Shown: one piece after another, positions 9,774 through 20,799 of the stretch
Numbering within the stretch: position 1 is the first letter of the stretch
Layout: each line of letters opens with the position of its first letter
Assembly (NCBI GenBank): GCA_004297205.1
Contig: SCUL01000002.1
Span: 188,594-252,593 of the forward strand
Source of the DNA: Patescibacteria group bacterium
Lineage (GTDB): Bacteria > Patescibacteriota > Patescibacteriia > 2-12-FULL-57-11
Reading direction: 5' to 3'
DNA: 64,000 nucleotides
The notes under the pieces: model-generated
Databases searched by the model: none
Seen by the model: only the letters and a program-made list of their open reading frames with translations
What the model was told of the DNA's origin: nothing
Program-made: the position numbers and the translations under genes

Positions 9774-9868
9774 GAAGTAAAAACAGCACTTATATTCCGG
9801 ATCATAATATCACACTCCCATTGAGGCTTGTCGTTATGCAAAGTCGTGCTGTGTATAACTGACCTGCA

Positions 9869-9906
9869 GAAAAAAAGAGGAGCCGAGCTCCCTACGGAGT
9901 CGGCTC
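9869..9906 (-). terminator. intrinsic terminator of the kinase-1 gene
   Basis: GAGCCGA...TCGGCTC hairpin overlapping the kinase stop codon, followed on the minus strand by CUCUUUUUUUCUG. Confidence 0.5.
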
Positions 9907-11679
9907 GCCGGCTTCCTCGTCCTCGACGTCTTCCTCGTCGTCGTCTTCGATCCCGCCGTGGCGGGACCGCGGACGCGGGGCCGTGCGGCGGAGCATGGTC
10001 TCGATGAGGTCGCAGTCGACCGCCCGCACGCCCGTCGCCGGACAGCGCGCTGCCGCGTAGGCGCGGCAACGGTCCCGCCAGCCGGCGGGCCGCGGGCGGC
10101 TGCCGAGCGCAGCCATGCAGGCCGCGCCGTGGGCGTTCACCTCCGCCACCCGCGGGTCGGGCGGCGGAAGCGGGACGGGACGCACGACCGGAGGTGCGAC
10201 GGCGCGACGGGTGGACGCGTCCGGATGGACGATGCCCGCGTCACGCGGCGCGGCGACGGCCACGACCGTGACAGTGCCGGCGTCAGGCCGACGGGCCACG
10301 GCAGCACCGCTGAGCGGAGCGGCTGCATCCGCTGCAGCGCGGACGCTCCGCGGATGTTCCGCGCCGGCCGCCGCCGCGTTCGACGCGACTCTGGCGTCGA
10401 TCGCCGCGGCGACGATCGCCACGGCAGCACCGATGCCCGACAAGAGGATCAGCAGCCAGGCCCAGACGGGCAGGCGGCGCATCGGCAGGGACGGCGGATC
10501 GGTGGAGATCAGCCGCTGGTCCACCGCGCCCGACCGCTTGCGCTCGGTCTTCTTGGCCGTATCGAGGGGATCCTCGGCGGTCTTGCGCGACAGGAGCGGC
10601 AGGGGCGCGGACCCCGTGACCGAGCCGAACGGCGCAGTCACGGCCCGCGGCGGCACCACGTCGAGCGGCACGCGCGGCGGCGTCAGGTCGACGCGCGACA
10701 GCGGGGTCAACTCCTGCGCATCCACCGACGGACGGACCGACGCGTTGAGGCGCGCCCCGGTGGCATGGGCCAGCCCGTCGCGGAACTGGCGGACGGTCGG
10801 CCGGTCGGCCGGATCCTTAGCCAGGCAGCCCATGACGAGCTCGTTGAGCAGGTCGGTGATGCCCGGCATGCGGTGCTTGAGCGGCACCGGCTGCTCGATG
10901 ATGACGCGCACCAGGTAGCTGTGCGCGGTGTCGAGCTCCTGCTCCTCGATCGGCATGCGGCCGCTGAGGAGCTCGTAGGCCATCACGCCCAGGGCGTAGA
11001 CGTCGACCTTGACGGTCAGCGCCCGTTCGCCCGCAGCTTGCTCCGGCGCCATGTACGGCGGCGTTCCCATGACCTCGTCGCGGTCCGCGAGCGTGACCTT
11101 GGCGACGTGCTGGTCCTGGAAGCAGCCGATGCCCCAGTCCGTGATCAGCACCTGGGTCACGCCCGGGTGCGTCTCGACGAACACGTTCGACGGCTTGATG
11201 TCGCGGTGGATGATGCCCTTCTCGTGGGCGTCGATCAGCCCGGCGCAGACCTGGCTGATGTAGATGATGGCCTGCTCGAACGGGATGCGTCCGTTGCTCC
11301 CCGCGTCGCGCAGCTCGTCCATCATCTCCTCGAGCGTCTTGCCCCGCACCAGCTTCATCACGACGAACGGTATCCCGTTGAAGGGCGGCAGCTTGGCCAC
11401 CCCGGACTCGAACACCTGCACGATGTTGGGGTGCTCGAGCTTCATCATGATGTCGGCTTCGCGCTGGAAGCGCGCCACCGCCTCGGCCACCTGGCCGAGA
11501 TCGGTGTTCAGCAGCTTCACGGCCCGCACGGGATGACCCGGCGTCGGCACGGTGGCATAGACGCGACTCATGCCACCGGTTCCGAGAAGCCGCCCCAAGG
11601 TGATGTGATCGTTGATCACGGCACCCAGATACGGATCTTTGTCCGGCGTCAGCGGCGCCGGCGGCATGCTTTTGCTCAT
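9892..11679 (-). CDS. Hanks-type serine/threonine protein kinase with single TM and extracytoplasmic Pro/Ala-rich tail ending in a 4-Cys module
   Basis: ORF trimmed to the ATG at 11679 (MSKSMPPAPL), preceded by the SD GGGAGGTGGAGG. Kinase motifs: GTGGMSRVY, VAVK-like Lys (AVKLL), HRDIKPSNVFV, DWGIG, GTPPYMAPE. The TM is LPVWAWLLILLSGIGAAVAIVAA. The C-terminus is ..ACMAAL..C..Y..A.C......CDLIE..L followed by an acidic tail. Confidence 0.85.
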   Translation of the reverse strand: MSKSMPPAPLTPDKDPYLGAVINDHITLGRLLGTGGMSRVYATVPTPGHPVRAVKLLNTDLGQVAEAVARFQREADIMMKLEHPNIVQVFESGVAKLPPFNGIPFVVMKLVRGKTLEEMMDELRDAGSNGRIPFEQAIIYISQVCAGLIDAHEKGIIHRDIKPSNVFVETHPGVTQVLITDWGIGCFQDQHVAKVTLADRDEVMGTPPYMAPEQAAGERALTVKVDVYALGVMAYELLSGRMPIEEQELDTAHSYLVRVIIEQPVPLKHRMPGITDLLNELVMGCLAKDPADRPTVRQFRDGLAHATGARLNASVRPSVDAQELTPLSRVDLTPPRVPLDVVPPRAVTAPFGSVTGSAPLPLLSRKTAEDPLDTAKKTERKRSGAVDQRLISTDPPSLPMRRLPVWAWLLILLSGIGAAVAIVAAAIDARVASNAAAAGAEHPRSVRAAADAAAPLSGAAVARRPDAGTVTVVAVAAPRDAGIVHPDASTRRAVAPPVVRPVPLPPPDPRVAEVNAHGAACMAALGSRPRPAGWRDRCRAYAAARCPATGVRAVDCDLIETMLRRTAPRPRSRHGGIEDDDEEDVEDEEAGEPTP

Positions 11680-11827
11680 TGTCAGAGACCTCCACCTCCC
11701 GTCAGACAAAGGGACGGGCGGGTTGCCCGCACACTTGCATGGAAAATCGGGGTCGTCAACCCCGTTCTGGAATAAAAAATGGGGACGATCCGGGAGCCCA
11801 TGAAGGCTCTCCCGAATCGTCCCGCAC

Positions 11828-13425
<1,598 letters not shown>

Positions 13426-13584
13426 TCCTGGAGACACGATGCCGGCGATTGCCGCCGGTACCGCCCCAGGAACCGCGCAACATACGCGGTTTCTGCCGCT
13501 TTGTCAAGCCGGCACAGGCACCGGCCTGAACAAAACGACCAGCGGAGTACCGCCGGTCTTTTCTACGAATTCCTTGGGATTTTG

Positions 13585-14877
13585 TTACGTCCAAGGCGGA
13601 TCCTGGCGTACCAGGACCTGTGGTGCGCGGAGCGGGTCGGCCATCAGCTCCTTTACGACTTTTTCCATGCGCGCGCCCTGGGAGCCCTTCACCAGGAGGA
13701 CGTCGCCGATTTTGATCTGGCCCTGGAGCCACTTTCCAGCCTCCTCCGGCGTGGCGAATTGTTGAACCGCCTCCGCAGCCATGCCGGCATCCCGCGCGCC
13801 GCGGGCGATGTCGCGCGCGCGCTCCCCGGCCGTGACCAGCAGATCAACGCCGCGGTCGTGCGTCTCCGCGCCGAGGTCTTTGTGAAGCTGCTCGCTGGTC
13901 GGCCCCAGTTCCAACATGTCGCCGAGCACGGCGATGCGCCGATCGTCCTCGTCCAGCTCGATCGCGGCGAGCGTGCGCAGCGCTTCGCTGGCCGCAAGCG
14001 GCGAAGAATTGTACGTGTCGTCGATGAGCGTGGTGTATTTGATGCCGGGAATGACGCGCATCCGTCCGGGCGGCGGCACGTAGGTGTCGAGTCCTTCCAC
14101 GCAATCGAGCACGTTCATGCCGAGCCGCATGCCGACGGCCACCGCGGCGAGCGCGGACCCCGCGGCCGGCGCGCTGATGGCTTCGCGCAAAAAGACCGGG
14201 ACGATCTGCCCCTGCCATGAAATCTTGAAGGTCATGCCGGTGACGGCGATGCCGTCGGAGCCGCGCGGCCGGTCGAGCTTGGGTTCGAGCGCCACGGCCC
14301 GCAGATCGGCCTCCGGTGCCAGCCCGTAGGTCACCGCAGGACACGCCGCTTTGGCGCGGGCGGCCGCGGCGCGGGGCACGTCGGCGTTGATGACGGCCAA
14401 GCCGTCGGCCGGAAGTGCCGCGATCATCTGCTCCTTTTCGGCGGCGTACTCGCCGAAAGAGGAAAACTGCGAAAGGTGGGCCGGCGAAATCGCCGTCAGG
14501 ACGCCGATCCTGGGCTGGACCACGGCCAGGTGCCGCGCCATGTCGCCCGGCCGGTCGACCCCCAGCTCCAGCACCAGAATTTCCGGGTAGGCGCCGCGGA
14601 ACAGCAGGACGCCGAACCCGCGCAGCACGACGCCGATCCAGCCGAGCGGATTCCGCCCGGGCGAATCCACGCCGATGATCGTGAGCGGCAGGCCGAACTC
14701 CGTGTTGTAGTTCTTGCGGCTGCGGCGCACCCGGAACCGGTGGCTCAACACGGCAAAGACGGCGTCTTTGGTGGACGTTTTGCCGACGGAACCGGTGATA
14801 CCGACCACTGCGGGCTGGTATTTGGCGACGATCCGCGCGGCAAGCCAGGTCAGGAGCGAGACAAGAAGCGACTTCAT
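13585..14877 (-). CDS. murF: UDP-N-acetylmuramoyl-tripeptide--D-alanyl-D-alanine ligase
   Basis: N-terminus VVGITGSVGKTSTKD (Mur ligase P-loop), NYNTEFGLPLTI, and Mur ligase middle and C-terminal domains. Confidence 0.85.
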   Translation of the reverse strand: MKSLLVSLLTWLAARIVAKYQPAVVGITGSVGKTSTKDAVFAVLSHRFRVRRSRKNYNTEFGLPLTIIGVDSPGRNPLGWIGVVLRGFGVLLFRGAYPEILVLELGVDRPGDMARHLAVVQPRIGVLTAISPAHLSQFSSFGEYAAEKEQMIAALPADGLAVINADVPRAAAARAKAACPAVTYGLAPEADLRAVALEPKLDRPRGSDGIAVTGMTFKISWQGQIVPVFLREAISAPAAGSALAAVAVGMRLGMNVLDCVEGLDTYVPPPGRMRVIPGIKYTTLIDDTYNSSPLAASEALRTLAAIELDEDDRRIAVLGDMLELGPTSEQLHKDLGAETHDRGVDLLVTAGERARDIARGARDAGMAAEAVQQFATPEEAGKWLQGQIKIGDVLLVKGSQGARMEKVVKELMADPLRAPQVLVRQDPPWT

Positions 14878-14886
14878 GCAGCCATT

Positions 14887-16647
14887 CTACCTTCTTCCGG
14901 GAGGGACGCCAAAGTATTGGAGGAGGAATGCCGCCATCTCGCCGAAGACCGGGGCGGCCGTGGCTTCGGCGAAGGCGGTCGTTTGGGGGCGGTCGACGCG
15001 CACCAACATCACGAATTTGGGGTCGTCAACCGGGGCGTAGCCGACGAACGAGCCGATCGTGGCCTGGGCTTCGTAGCCCGGCCCGTCGGCGCGGGCGATC
15101 TGGGCAGTGCCGGTTTTGCCGGCCACGCGGTATCCCTCCACGCCCGCTTTTTTGCCGTGGCCGTTCTCGACCACGGACACGAGCATGCCGCCCATGAGGG
15201 TCGCCGTGCGCTCGCTCACCACCTGCCGGACCGGCGTCGGCGCCACCGAACGGCTGGCGCCGTCCGGGGAGCGCACTTCGGACACGACGTGCGGTTGCAT
15301 CATCAATCCGCCGTTGGCCAGCGCACCGTACGCCTGGAGCATCTGGATCGGCGTCACCGTGACGCCCTGCCCGTAGGAGGCGGTGGCGGCGTAAATCTCG
15401 CCGCGCTTGTCGAGCGAGGACAAATCCCAGCCGCGCTCGCCGGAAATTTCGATGCCGGTGGGATCGTCAAAGCCGAAATTCTTCAGGTAGTCCCGGAAGC
15501 GGTCCAACCCGATGCGCTCCTGCGCGAAAATTGCGCCGGTGTTCAGCGACTCCTCCAGCACCGTGGTCATGTCGACAACGCCGTGGGCCTTGCCGTCGCT
15601 GTTCTTGACCGTGAAGGGTCCGTACTTCACCGAACCTTCGTCCGTGTACGTCGTCCGCGGCCCGATCTTGCCCTCGTTCATCGACGCGGCCAGGGTGACC
15701 GGCTTCATGATCGAGCCGGGCTCCCAGGCGCCGGAAACGGCGGGGTTGGAGAAGACGTTGATGTCACGCACTTCGTTGTAGGTGTTGGGGTCGTAATCCG
15801 GTTCCGAACACATGGCGAGGATGGCGCCGGTCTTCGGATCCATGATCAGCACCTGGCCGCTGGCGGCGCCGTTGCGGCGCACGGCTTCCTTGATCTTCTG
15901 GCAGGCGAAGTACTGGATGGTGCGGTCGATGGTCAGAACGACCGTATCCCCGTCTTTTGCCGGCACGAACTCGCGGTCGGTGACGGTGATCCAGCGGCCG
16001 CCGGAGTCCTTTTCCGCGCGCAGCACGCCGGGCGAACCGGCCAGCTCCGCGTCCCACTTCCCTTCCAAGCCGTAGCGGCCTTTGCGCGCGCCGGTGTCAT
16101 CCCAGCCCAGGAAACCGAGCAGGTGCCCGCCGATGCCCGCTTCCGGATAGACGCGCGCCTTCTCCGGCGCAAAGGCGATGCCCGGCAGCTTCAGGGCGCG
16201 CACCTGGTCGGCCACGGCGTCGGAGGCGTAGTGCAGCAGCGGTTCGTAGGGATCGTCCTTCTTGGAGAGGATGGGCAACAGTTCTTCCGGCGGGCGGTTG
16301 ATGAGCGGCGAGAGCGCCGCCGCCGTCTTGGAGGGATCGTCGATGGTGCGCGTGTCGGCGTAAATCAAGGTGAGCTGCTGATTGGTCGCCGCCGGATAGT
16401 ATTTGTCCTCGAAACGGTCCTTGAGCAGGATGTCGCCGCGTTCCGGAAAGAGCTGCGTGAACAGGTCGTGCTGGCCGCTGGCGAGCGCCTCGTAAAAACC
16501 GTGCTCGACGATCTGCAAAACGAGGAGTCGGAGCACGAGGAACGCCGCGGCCGCCGCCAGGGCGTAACGGAAGATCATGAAGCGCGTCAGCGGACCGCGC
16601 CGCTGGGCGCTGCGCTCGCGGTGGGTGGTGCGGGCGATGCGGATCAT
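14887..16647 (-). CDS. ftsI: class B penicillin-binding protein (peptidoglycan D,D-transpeptidase, FtsI/PBP2-like)
   Basis: N-terminal TM and dimerisation domain; transpeptidase motifs SxxK (GSIMKP), SxN and KTG (AGKTGTAQ). It sits immediately upstream of murF, as in dcw clusters. Confidence 0.8.
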   Translation of the reverse strand: MIRIARTTHRERSAQRRGPLTRFMIFRYALAAAAAFLVLRLLVLQIVEHGFYEALASGQHDLFTQLFPERGDILLKDRFEDKYYPAATNQQLTLIYADTRTIDDPSKTAAALSPLINRPPEELLPILSKKDDPYEPLLHYASDAVADQVRALKLPGIAFAPEKARVYPEAGIGGHLLGFLGWDDTGARKGRYGLEGKWDAELAGSPGVLRAEKDSGGRWITVTDREFVPAKDGDTVVLTIDRTIQYFACQKIKEAVRRNGAASGQVLIMDPKTGAILAMCSEPDYDPNTYNEVRDINVFSNPAVSGAWEPGSIMKPVTLAASMNEGKIGPRTTYTDEGSVKYGPFTVKNSDGKAHGVVDMTTVLEESLNTGAIFAQERIGLDRFRDYLKNFGFDDPTGIEISGERGWDLSSLDKRGEIYAATASYGQGVTVTPIQMLQAYGALANGGLMMQPHVVSEVRSPDGASRSVAPTPVRQVVSERTATLMGGMLVSVVENGHGKKAGVEGYRVAGKTGTAQIARADGPGYEAQATIGSFVGYAPVDDPKFVMLVRVDRPQTTAFAEATAAPVFGEMAAFLLQYFGVPPGRR

Positions 16648-17723
16648 GAGGCGCGGAAATCGTAGAGCAGGCCGGGGCCGAGCGGATCACGACCGGCGTC
16701 GACTTCGGCGCCGTCCATGACGCCGTCGCCGTCGGTGTCCGGGTTGCGTGGGTCGCTGCCGTAGAAACCTTCAAGAACATCCGGCAGGCCGTCGTTGTCC
16801 TGGTCGGTGTCGTCGCCTTGAGGCGTCGAGGTCGCGGAACCGCCGGCGAGCGTCAAGCCCGAGACGGTGGAGCTGGATGCTGTGATCCGGCCGCCTGTCG
16901 CCGCCGACGAGGGCCGCAGCCGCTCGTTCGAAAGAAAGACGCCAGGCGGCACCACTTGGTCGACACGGGCCGAAAACGTCATTTGAATCCGCGCGCCCTC
17001 ATGTGGTTCCACGGGACCAAAAACGAGATGGTCGATCCGGAAGCTAAAGGGGTTGACGTATGCACTTCCTTCAAACATGTTCGGCGACGCCGGAGGGAGC
17101 TCTTCACTGAAGCCAACGACGCCGAGGAACGAGCGCAGCGCTGCCTGGTCGATGCGGACGGGAATCCGCCATTCATCGTCGCCGTAATAGAAGGTCCGCT
17201 TGGGTATGCCCGTGGTACGAATGATGCGTGACTTCACGAAAAGATCGACGAGCTCGTCGCGGGCGGCGGCGTTGCGGATGAGCGAGGCCCAGGCCACCGG
17301 TCCGGTCGAGGAAGGCGTAACCTGGGAAGCCTGCCACGGACCCCGTCCGCACCGCGCATACGCGTTGTCGCCGATCACGACGAATGTCGAACTCGCGATC
17401 GACCGGCCATTCAATAAGGAAATCGTTCCTTCGGTGGCCGGGCCACCCGTGCGGCCGACGGCGGTCGTCACGGGCACATACACACGACAGGAAGGATACC
17501 CGCCGCAGTAGTCGTTGGGCAGACGGCACGCGCTCACGGCCCATGACGGAAAACTATCGAGGTATTGGGAAAAGATGACGCCGACCGGATCTTCCATGGC
17601 CGTCTTCCGCATCGATTCCTCGAGCGAAGGAAAACGGAAAAAGGACATCGCGGCCCACACGAGCATGGCTGCCGCCGCGACGATGAAGGCGAGCGCGGAA
17701 ATGATGATGATCAGCTTTTTCAT
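16644..17723 (-). CDS. hypothetical membrane-anchored protein with C-terminal Asp-rich calcium-binding (thrombospondin type-3-like) repeats
   Basis: N-terminal signal anchor [25 protein letters not shown]. The C-terminus reads DTDQDNDGLPD...DPRNPDTDGDGVMDGAEVDAGRDP. There are 4-bp overlaps with rarA (upstream) and the PBP gene (downstream). Confidence 0.55.
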   Translation of the reverse strand: MKKLIIIISALAFIVAAAAMLVWAAMSFFRFPSLEESMRKTAMEDPVGVIFSQYLDSFPSWAVSACRLPNDYCGGYPSCRVYVPVTTAVGRTGGPATEGTISLLNGRSIASSTFVVIGDNAYARCGRGPWQASQVTPSSTGPVAWASLIRNAAARDELVDLFVKSRIIRTTGIPKRTFYYGDDEWRIPVRIDQAALRSFLGVVGFSEELPPASPNMFEGSAYVNPFSFRIDHLVFGPVEPHEGARIQMTFSARVDQVVPPGVFLSNERLRPSSAATGGRITASSSTVSGLTLAGGSATSTPQGDDTDQDNDGLPDVLEGFYGSDPRNPDTDGDGVMDGAEVDAGRDPLGPGLLYDFRAS

Positions 17724-18937
17724 GACAGGTACTTCTTCCCGCTGAGACGTTCAGGCAGATTCGAGGGCTTCTTCTGCTCGCCCTGCTTCCCGAGCGGCTG
17801 GACGTTGCGCAGATGCAGCGGCACCGGGTCGTTCTGTTGTTCGGCGATATCGCGCTTCACGGCGGCATAGGCGCTGTCGATGGCCCGCGACTTCGGCGCC
17901 CGGGCCAAGTATGCCACGCACTGCGCCAGATTGACGTTGCACTCCGGCATGCCGATCTTGTGCGCCGCTTCATACGCCGCAATCGCTTGCACCAGCGCCT
18001 GCGGATCGGCCAGGCCGATATCCTCCGATGCGAAACGGATCAGCCGTCGCGCCACGTAGAGTGGATCCTCCCCCGCCTCGAGCATCCGGCCGAGCCAGTA
18101 GATCGCGGCATCGGGATCCGAGGCGCGCATCGTCTTGTGGAGCGCGCTGATGATGTTGAAATGCTCCTCTCCGGTTTTGTCGTAGAGGAGGTGCGTCTTT
18201 TGAACGGCGGCCGATACCTCGGCCAATCCCAATTCTACCACACCGGCATCCTTCTTTTTGGCCGACGTCACGGCGATTTCCAGCATGGAGAGCGCCGTGC
18301 GGGCGTCGCCGTTGGCGATATGCGCCAGGTAGTCGAGCGCCTCGTCCGTGAGCCGCACGTCGAAGCCTGCAAGCCCGCGGTCCTTGTCGGCCAGGGCGCG
18401 CTCCAGGAGTGCCCGCAGGTCTTCTGTTGCCAGCATCTCCAAAAGGAACACCCGGCAGCGCGAGAGCAAGGCGGCGTTCACGGAGAAACTCGGATTTTCC
18501 GTGGTCGCGCCGATCAACGTCACCGTCCCGTCCTCGACGTAGGGCAACAGCGCGTCTTGCTGCGCTTTGTTCCAGCGGTGGATTTCGTCCACGAACAAAA
18601 TCGTTCGCAGGCTGAACAGCTTGCGGCGCTCCGTGGCTTCCGCCACGACTTTTTTGAGGTCGGCGATGCCGGAGGCCACGGCCGAGAGCGGCACGAAGGT
18701 CGACTTGGTGAGCTTGGCGATGATGCGGGCCAGCGTGGTCTTGCCGGAGCCGGGCGGACCCCACAAAAGCATCGACGGCGTCTGGTCGGCTTCGATCAAG
18801 ACACGGATGGGCGCCCCCGGGCCGACGAGTTGGCGCTGGCCCACAAGCTCGTCCAAGGTCCGCGGCCGCATGCGGTCGGCCAAAGGCGCGGTTCTTGCCG
18901 TGTCCTTTTGCAATTTGTGATCAAACAAGTCGGCCAT
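17720..18937 (-). CDS. rarA: replication-associated recombination protein A (AAA+ ATPase RarA/MgsA)
   Basis: Walker [19 protein letters not shown], Walker [10 protein letters not shown], and the MgsA C-terminal helical and tetramerisation region. Confidence 0.9.
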   Translation of the reverse strand: MADLFDHKLQKDTARTAPLADRMRPRTLDELVGQRQLVGPGAPIRVLIEADQTPSMLLWGPPGSGKTTLARIIAKLTKSTFVPLSAVASGIADLKKVVAEATERRKLFSLRTILFVDEIHRWNKAQQDALLPYVEDGTVTLIGATTENPSFSVNAALLSRCRVFLLEMLATEDLRALLERALADKDRGLAGFDVRLTDEALDYLAHIANGDARTALSMLEIAVTSAKKKDAGVVELGLAEVSAAVQKTHLLYDKTGEEHFNIISALHKTMRASDPDAAIYWLGRMLEAGEDPLYVARRLIRFASEDIGLADPQALVQAIAAYEAAHKIGMPECNVNLAQCVAYLARAPKSRAIDSAYAAVKRDIAEQQNDPVPLHLRNVQPLGKQGEQKKPSNLPERLSGKKYLS

Positions 18938-18985
18938 AGCTTCCTGAGAGTACGCCGCCTCTAGAAAAGAAAAAAGCCGGCGGGA

Positions 18986-19471
18986 TCAGCGCAGGCGCTC
19001 GAGCATCGGCCAGTGGACGCGTTGGCAGTTCTGCTCCGTGAGGTCCTGCCGCGACAGCCAACCGATACGCACGATCTCTCCGACCGCTGCAGCCGGGACC
19101 GGGTCGTGGTCGCGACGAGGTCCGAGGAGGCTGCCGGCGTGCACGCGAATGCGGGCGTGGCAGTACCGTCGCTCCCCGCCGTCGATGTCGTAGAAGCGCA
19201 CGAAGGCTTCGTAGATCGGCCGCTCAGACAAGACGGCGCGGTAGCCCGTTTCTTCCATGAGCTCGCGATGAATGCCGGCCAGCATGTCCTCACCCTGCTC
19301 AATGCCGCCGCCGGGCAACTCCCAGATCGGGCGCCACGCCGGCTGCACCATCAGGATCAGGCCGTCGTGTTCGCGGATGAACGCATACCCCGACGGGCGT
19401 TCGTGTATGGCCACATCCGGCGGCTTCTGATGCTTCTCGCCATGTCGGTCTATGAAAATGTTCTCCGACAA
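18986..19471 (-). CDS. NUDIX hydrolase
   Basis: Nudix box GGGIEQGEDMLAGIHRELMEETG. Confidence 0.8.
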   Translation of the reverse strand: MSENIFIDRHGEKHQKPPDVAIHERPSGYAFIREHDGLILMVQPAWRPIWELPGGGIEQGEDMLAGIHRELMEETGYRAVLSERPIYEAFVRFYDIDGGERRYCHARIRVHAGSLLGPRRDHDPVPAAAVGEIVRIGWLSRQDLTEQNCQRVHWPMLERLR

Positions 19472-19525
19472 AGTTTCCTCCTGGCCGGAATGTGCACGAC
19501 GAAGCGGTTCCTGTCAATCCGTCCG

Positions 19526-19921
19526 CTATTTGTTGGCTTCGCCGAACGCTTCGTCCTCCGCATCCGCGTCCGCATCGGCTTTCGTGACATGGACGCGACC
19601 GTCGATGTGGTTCGGCGGCACGTAGACGGTGTACAGCTTGAGCGGTTCGCTGCCGGTGTTCCGGAAGTTATGCCGGACGCCCGGCGTCACCACGACGACG
19701 TCGCCGGCCGAAAGCGGCCGCGTCTCGCCGTTCAAAACGGCTTCGCCCTTTCCGGAGACGAAGAACAGCGTCTGTTCGACGTGGGCATGCGTCTCTTCTC
19801 CGATCTCGCCGCCGGCCGGAATGTTCATGAGCACGAGCTGGCTCTTGGGGCCCGTGAACAGCACCGTCCGGAAATTCGAATTCGACATCGTTTGATCGAG
19901 CAGGTGTGTGAAGTAGGACAT
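19526..19921 (-). CDS. cupin domain protein
   Basis: Cupin motifs G(X)5HxH(X)3,4E(X)6G-like (EETHAHVEQTLFFVSG) and GDVVVVTPGVRHNFRN. Confidence 0.7.
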   Translation of the reverse strand: MSYFTHLLDQTMSNSNFRTVLFTGPKSQLVLMNIPAGGEIGEETHAHVEQTLFFVSGKGEAVLNGETRPLSAGDVVVVTPGVRHNFRNTGSEPLKLYTVYVPPNHIDGRVHVTKADADADAEDEAFGEANK

Positions 19922-19937
19922 ACCTGGAAAGTATATC

Positions 19938-20630
19938 CTACTTCCCGAATTTCCGGGTGCGGTTGGCGTACTCCGCGAGCGCCGCGTCCAAATCCTGTTC
20001 GGAGAAATCCGGCCAGAGCGTCGGGGTGAAGTAAAACTCGCTGTAGGCCGCGCCCCACAACAGGAAGCCGGACAGGCGCTTCTGGTCCGCCGTGCGGATA
20101 ATCATGTCCGGGTCCGGCGTCTCCGGCTCGTACAAGAAGTTTCGGAAAGACTCCTCGGTCAGCGACTCCGGCGCGGCGCCTGCGGCAATCGCCTTCTTGG
20201 CTGCGTCAACAATCTCGGCCCGGCCGCCGTAGTTCATGGCGAGCCGCAGCGTGATCTTGTCGTTCTTGGCAGTGCGCGCTTCGGCGGCGTCGATGGCTCG
20301 CACGATGGACGGCGCCAGCCGTTCGCGTCGGCCGATGATCTTGAGCCGGATGCCGCGCTTGTCGAACTCCCCCACCTCGCGGGTCAAGGCGCCTTCGAGC
20401 AGGTCCATCAGATAGGCGACCTCTTCGGGTGGCCGGTCCCAGTTCTCCGTGGAAAAAACGAAGGCCGTGATGACCGGTATGCGGCGGGCGATGCACCAGT
20501 CGCCGAACTCCTTGAGCCGGTCGTAGCCGCGGCGGTGACCTTCCAAGGTCGGCAGCCCCCGGGCGCGGGCCCAGGTGCGGTTGCCGTCCAGAATGATGCC
20601 GAGGTGGGTAAGCGGTGCGGGGCTTGGCAT
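19938..20630 (-). CDS. uppS: isoprenyl transferase (undecaprenyl diphosphate synthase)
   Basis: HLGIILDGNRTWA, FSTENWDRP and RTADQKRLSGFLLWGAAYSEFYF are canonical cis-prenyltransferase motifs. Confidence 0.9.
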   Translation of the reverse strand: MPSPAPLTHLGIILDGNRTWARARGLPTLEGHRRGYDRLKEFGDWCIARRIPVITAFVFSTENWDRPPEEVAYLMDLLEGALTREVGEFDKRGIRLKIIGRRERLAPSIVRAIDAAEARTAKNDKITLRLAMNYGGRAEIVDAAKKAIAAGAAPESLTEESFRNFLYEPETPDPDMIIRTADQKRLSGFLLWGAAYSEFYFTPTLWPDFSEQDLDAALAEYANRTRKFGK

Positions 20631-20673
20631 AGGCGGAAAGGCATATTATACTCACCCCGATCAGAAATCGAGT

Positions 20674-20746
<73 letters not shown>

Positions 20747-20765
20747 CTCGGCAGCTGATCAGCAA

Positions 20766-20792
20766 AACCCGCCATCTGGCGGGTTTTTGTTA
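20766..20792 (+). terminator. intrinsic terminator downstream of tRNA-Pro
   Basis: CCCGCC-ATCT-GGCGGG hairpin followed by TTTTTGTT. Confidence 0.6.
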
Positions 20793-20799
20793 TCATAAG
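20766..20799. repeat. direct repeat, left copy (tRNA-Pro terminator region), bounding low-GC islet 1
   Basis: AACCCGCCATCTGGCGGGTTTTTGTTATCATAAG matches AACCCGCCGTACGGCGGGCTTTGTGTTATGATCG at about 22671..22704 at roughly 80% identity. Confidence 0.5.

Noticed and set aside
13426-13584. Hairpins in the kinase-2 to murF intergenic region as a possible regulatory RNA
   Set aside because: They are short GC hairpins (CCGGCG/CGCCGG; CCGCG/CGCGG) without clear U-tracts or conserved motifs. They are more likely incidental structure or a weak attenuator in a co-transcribed operon.
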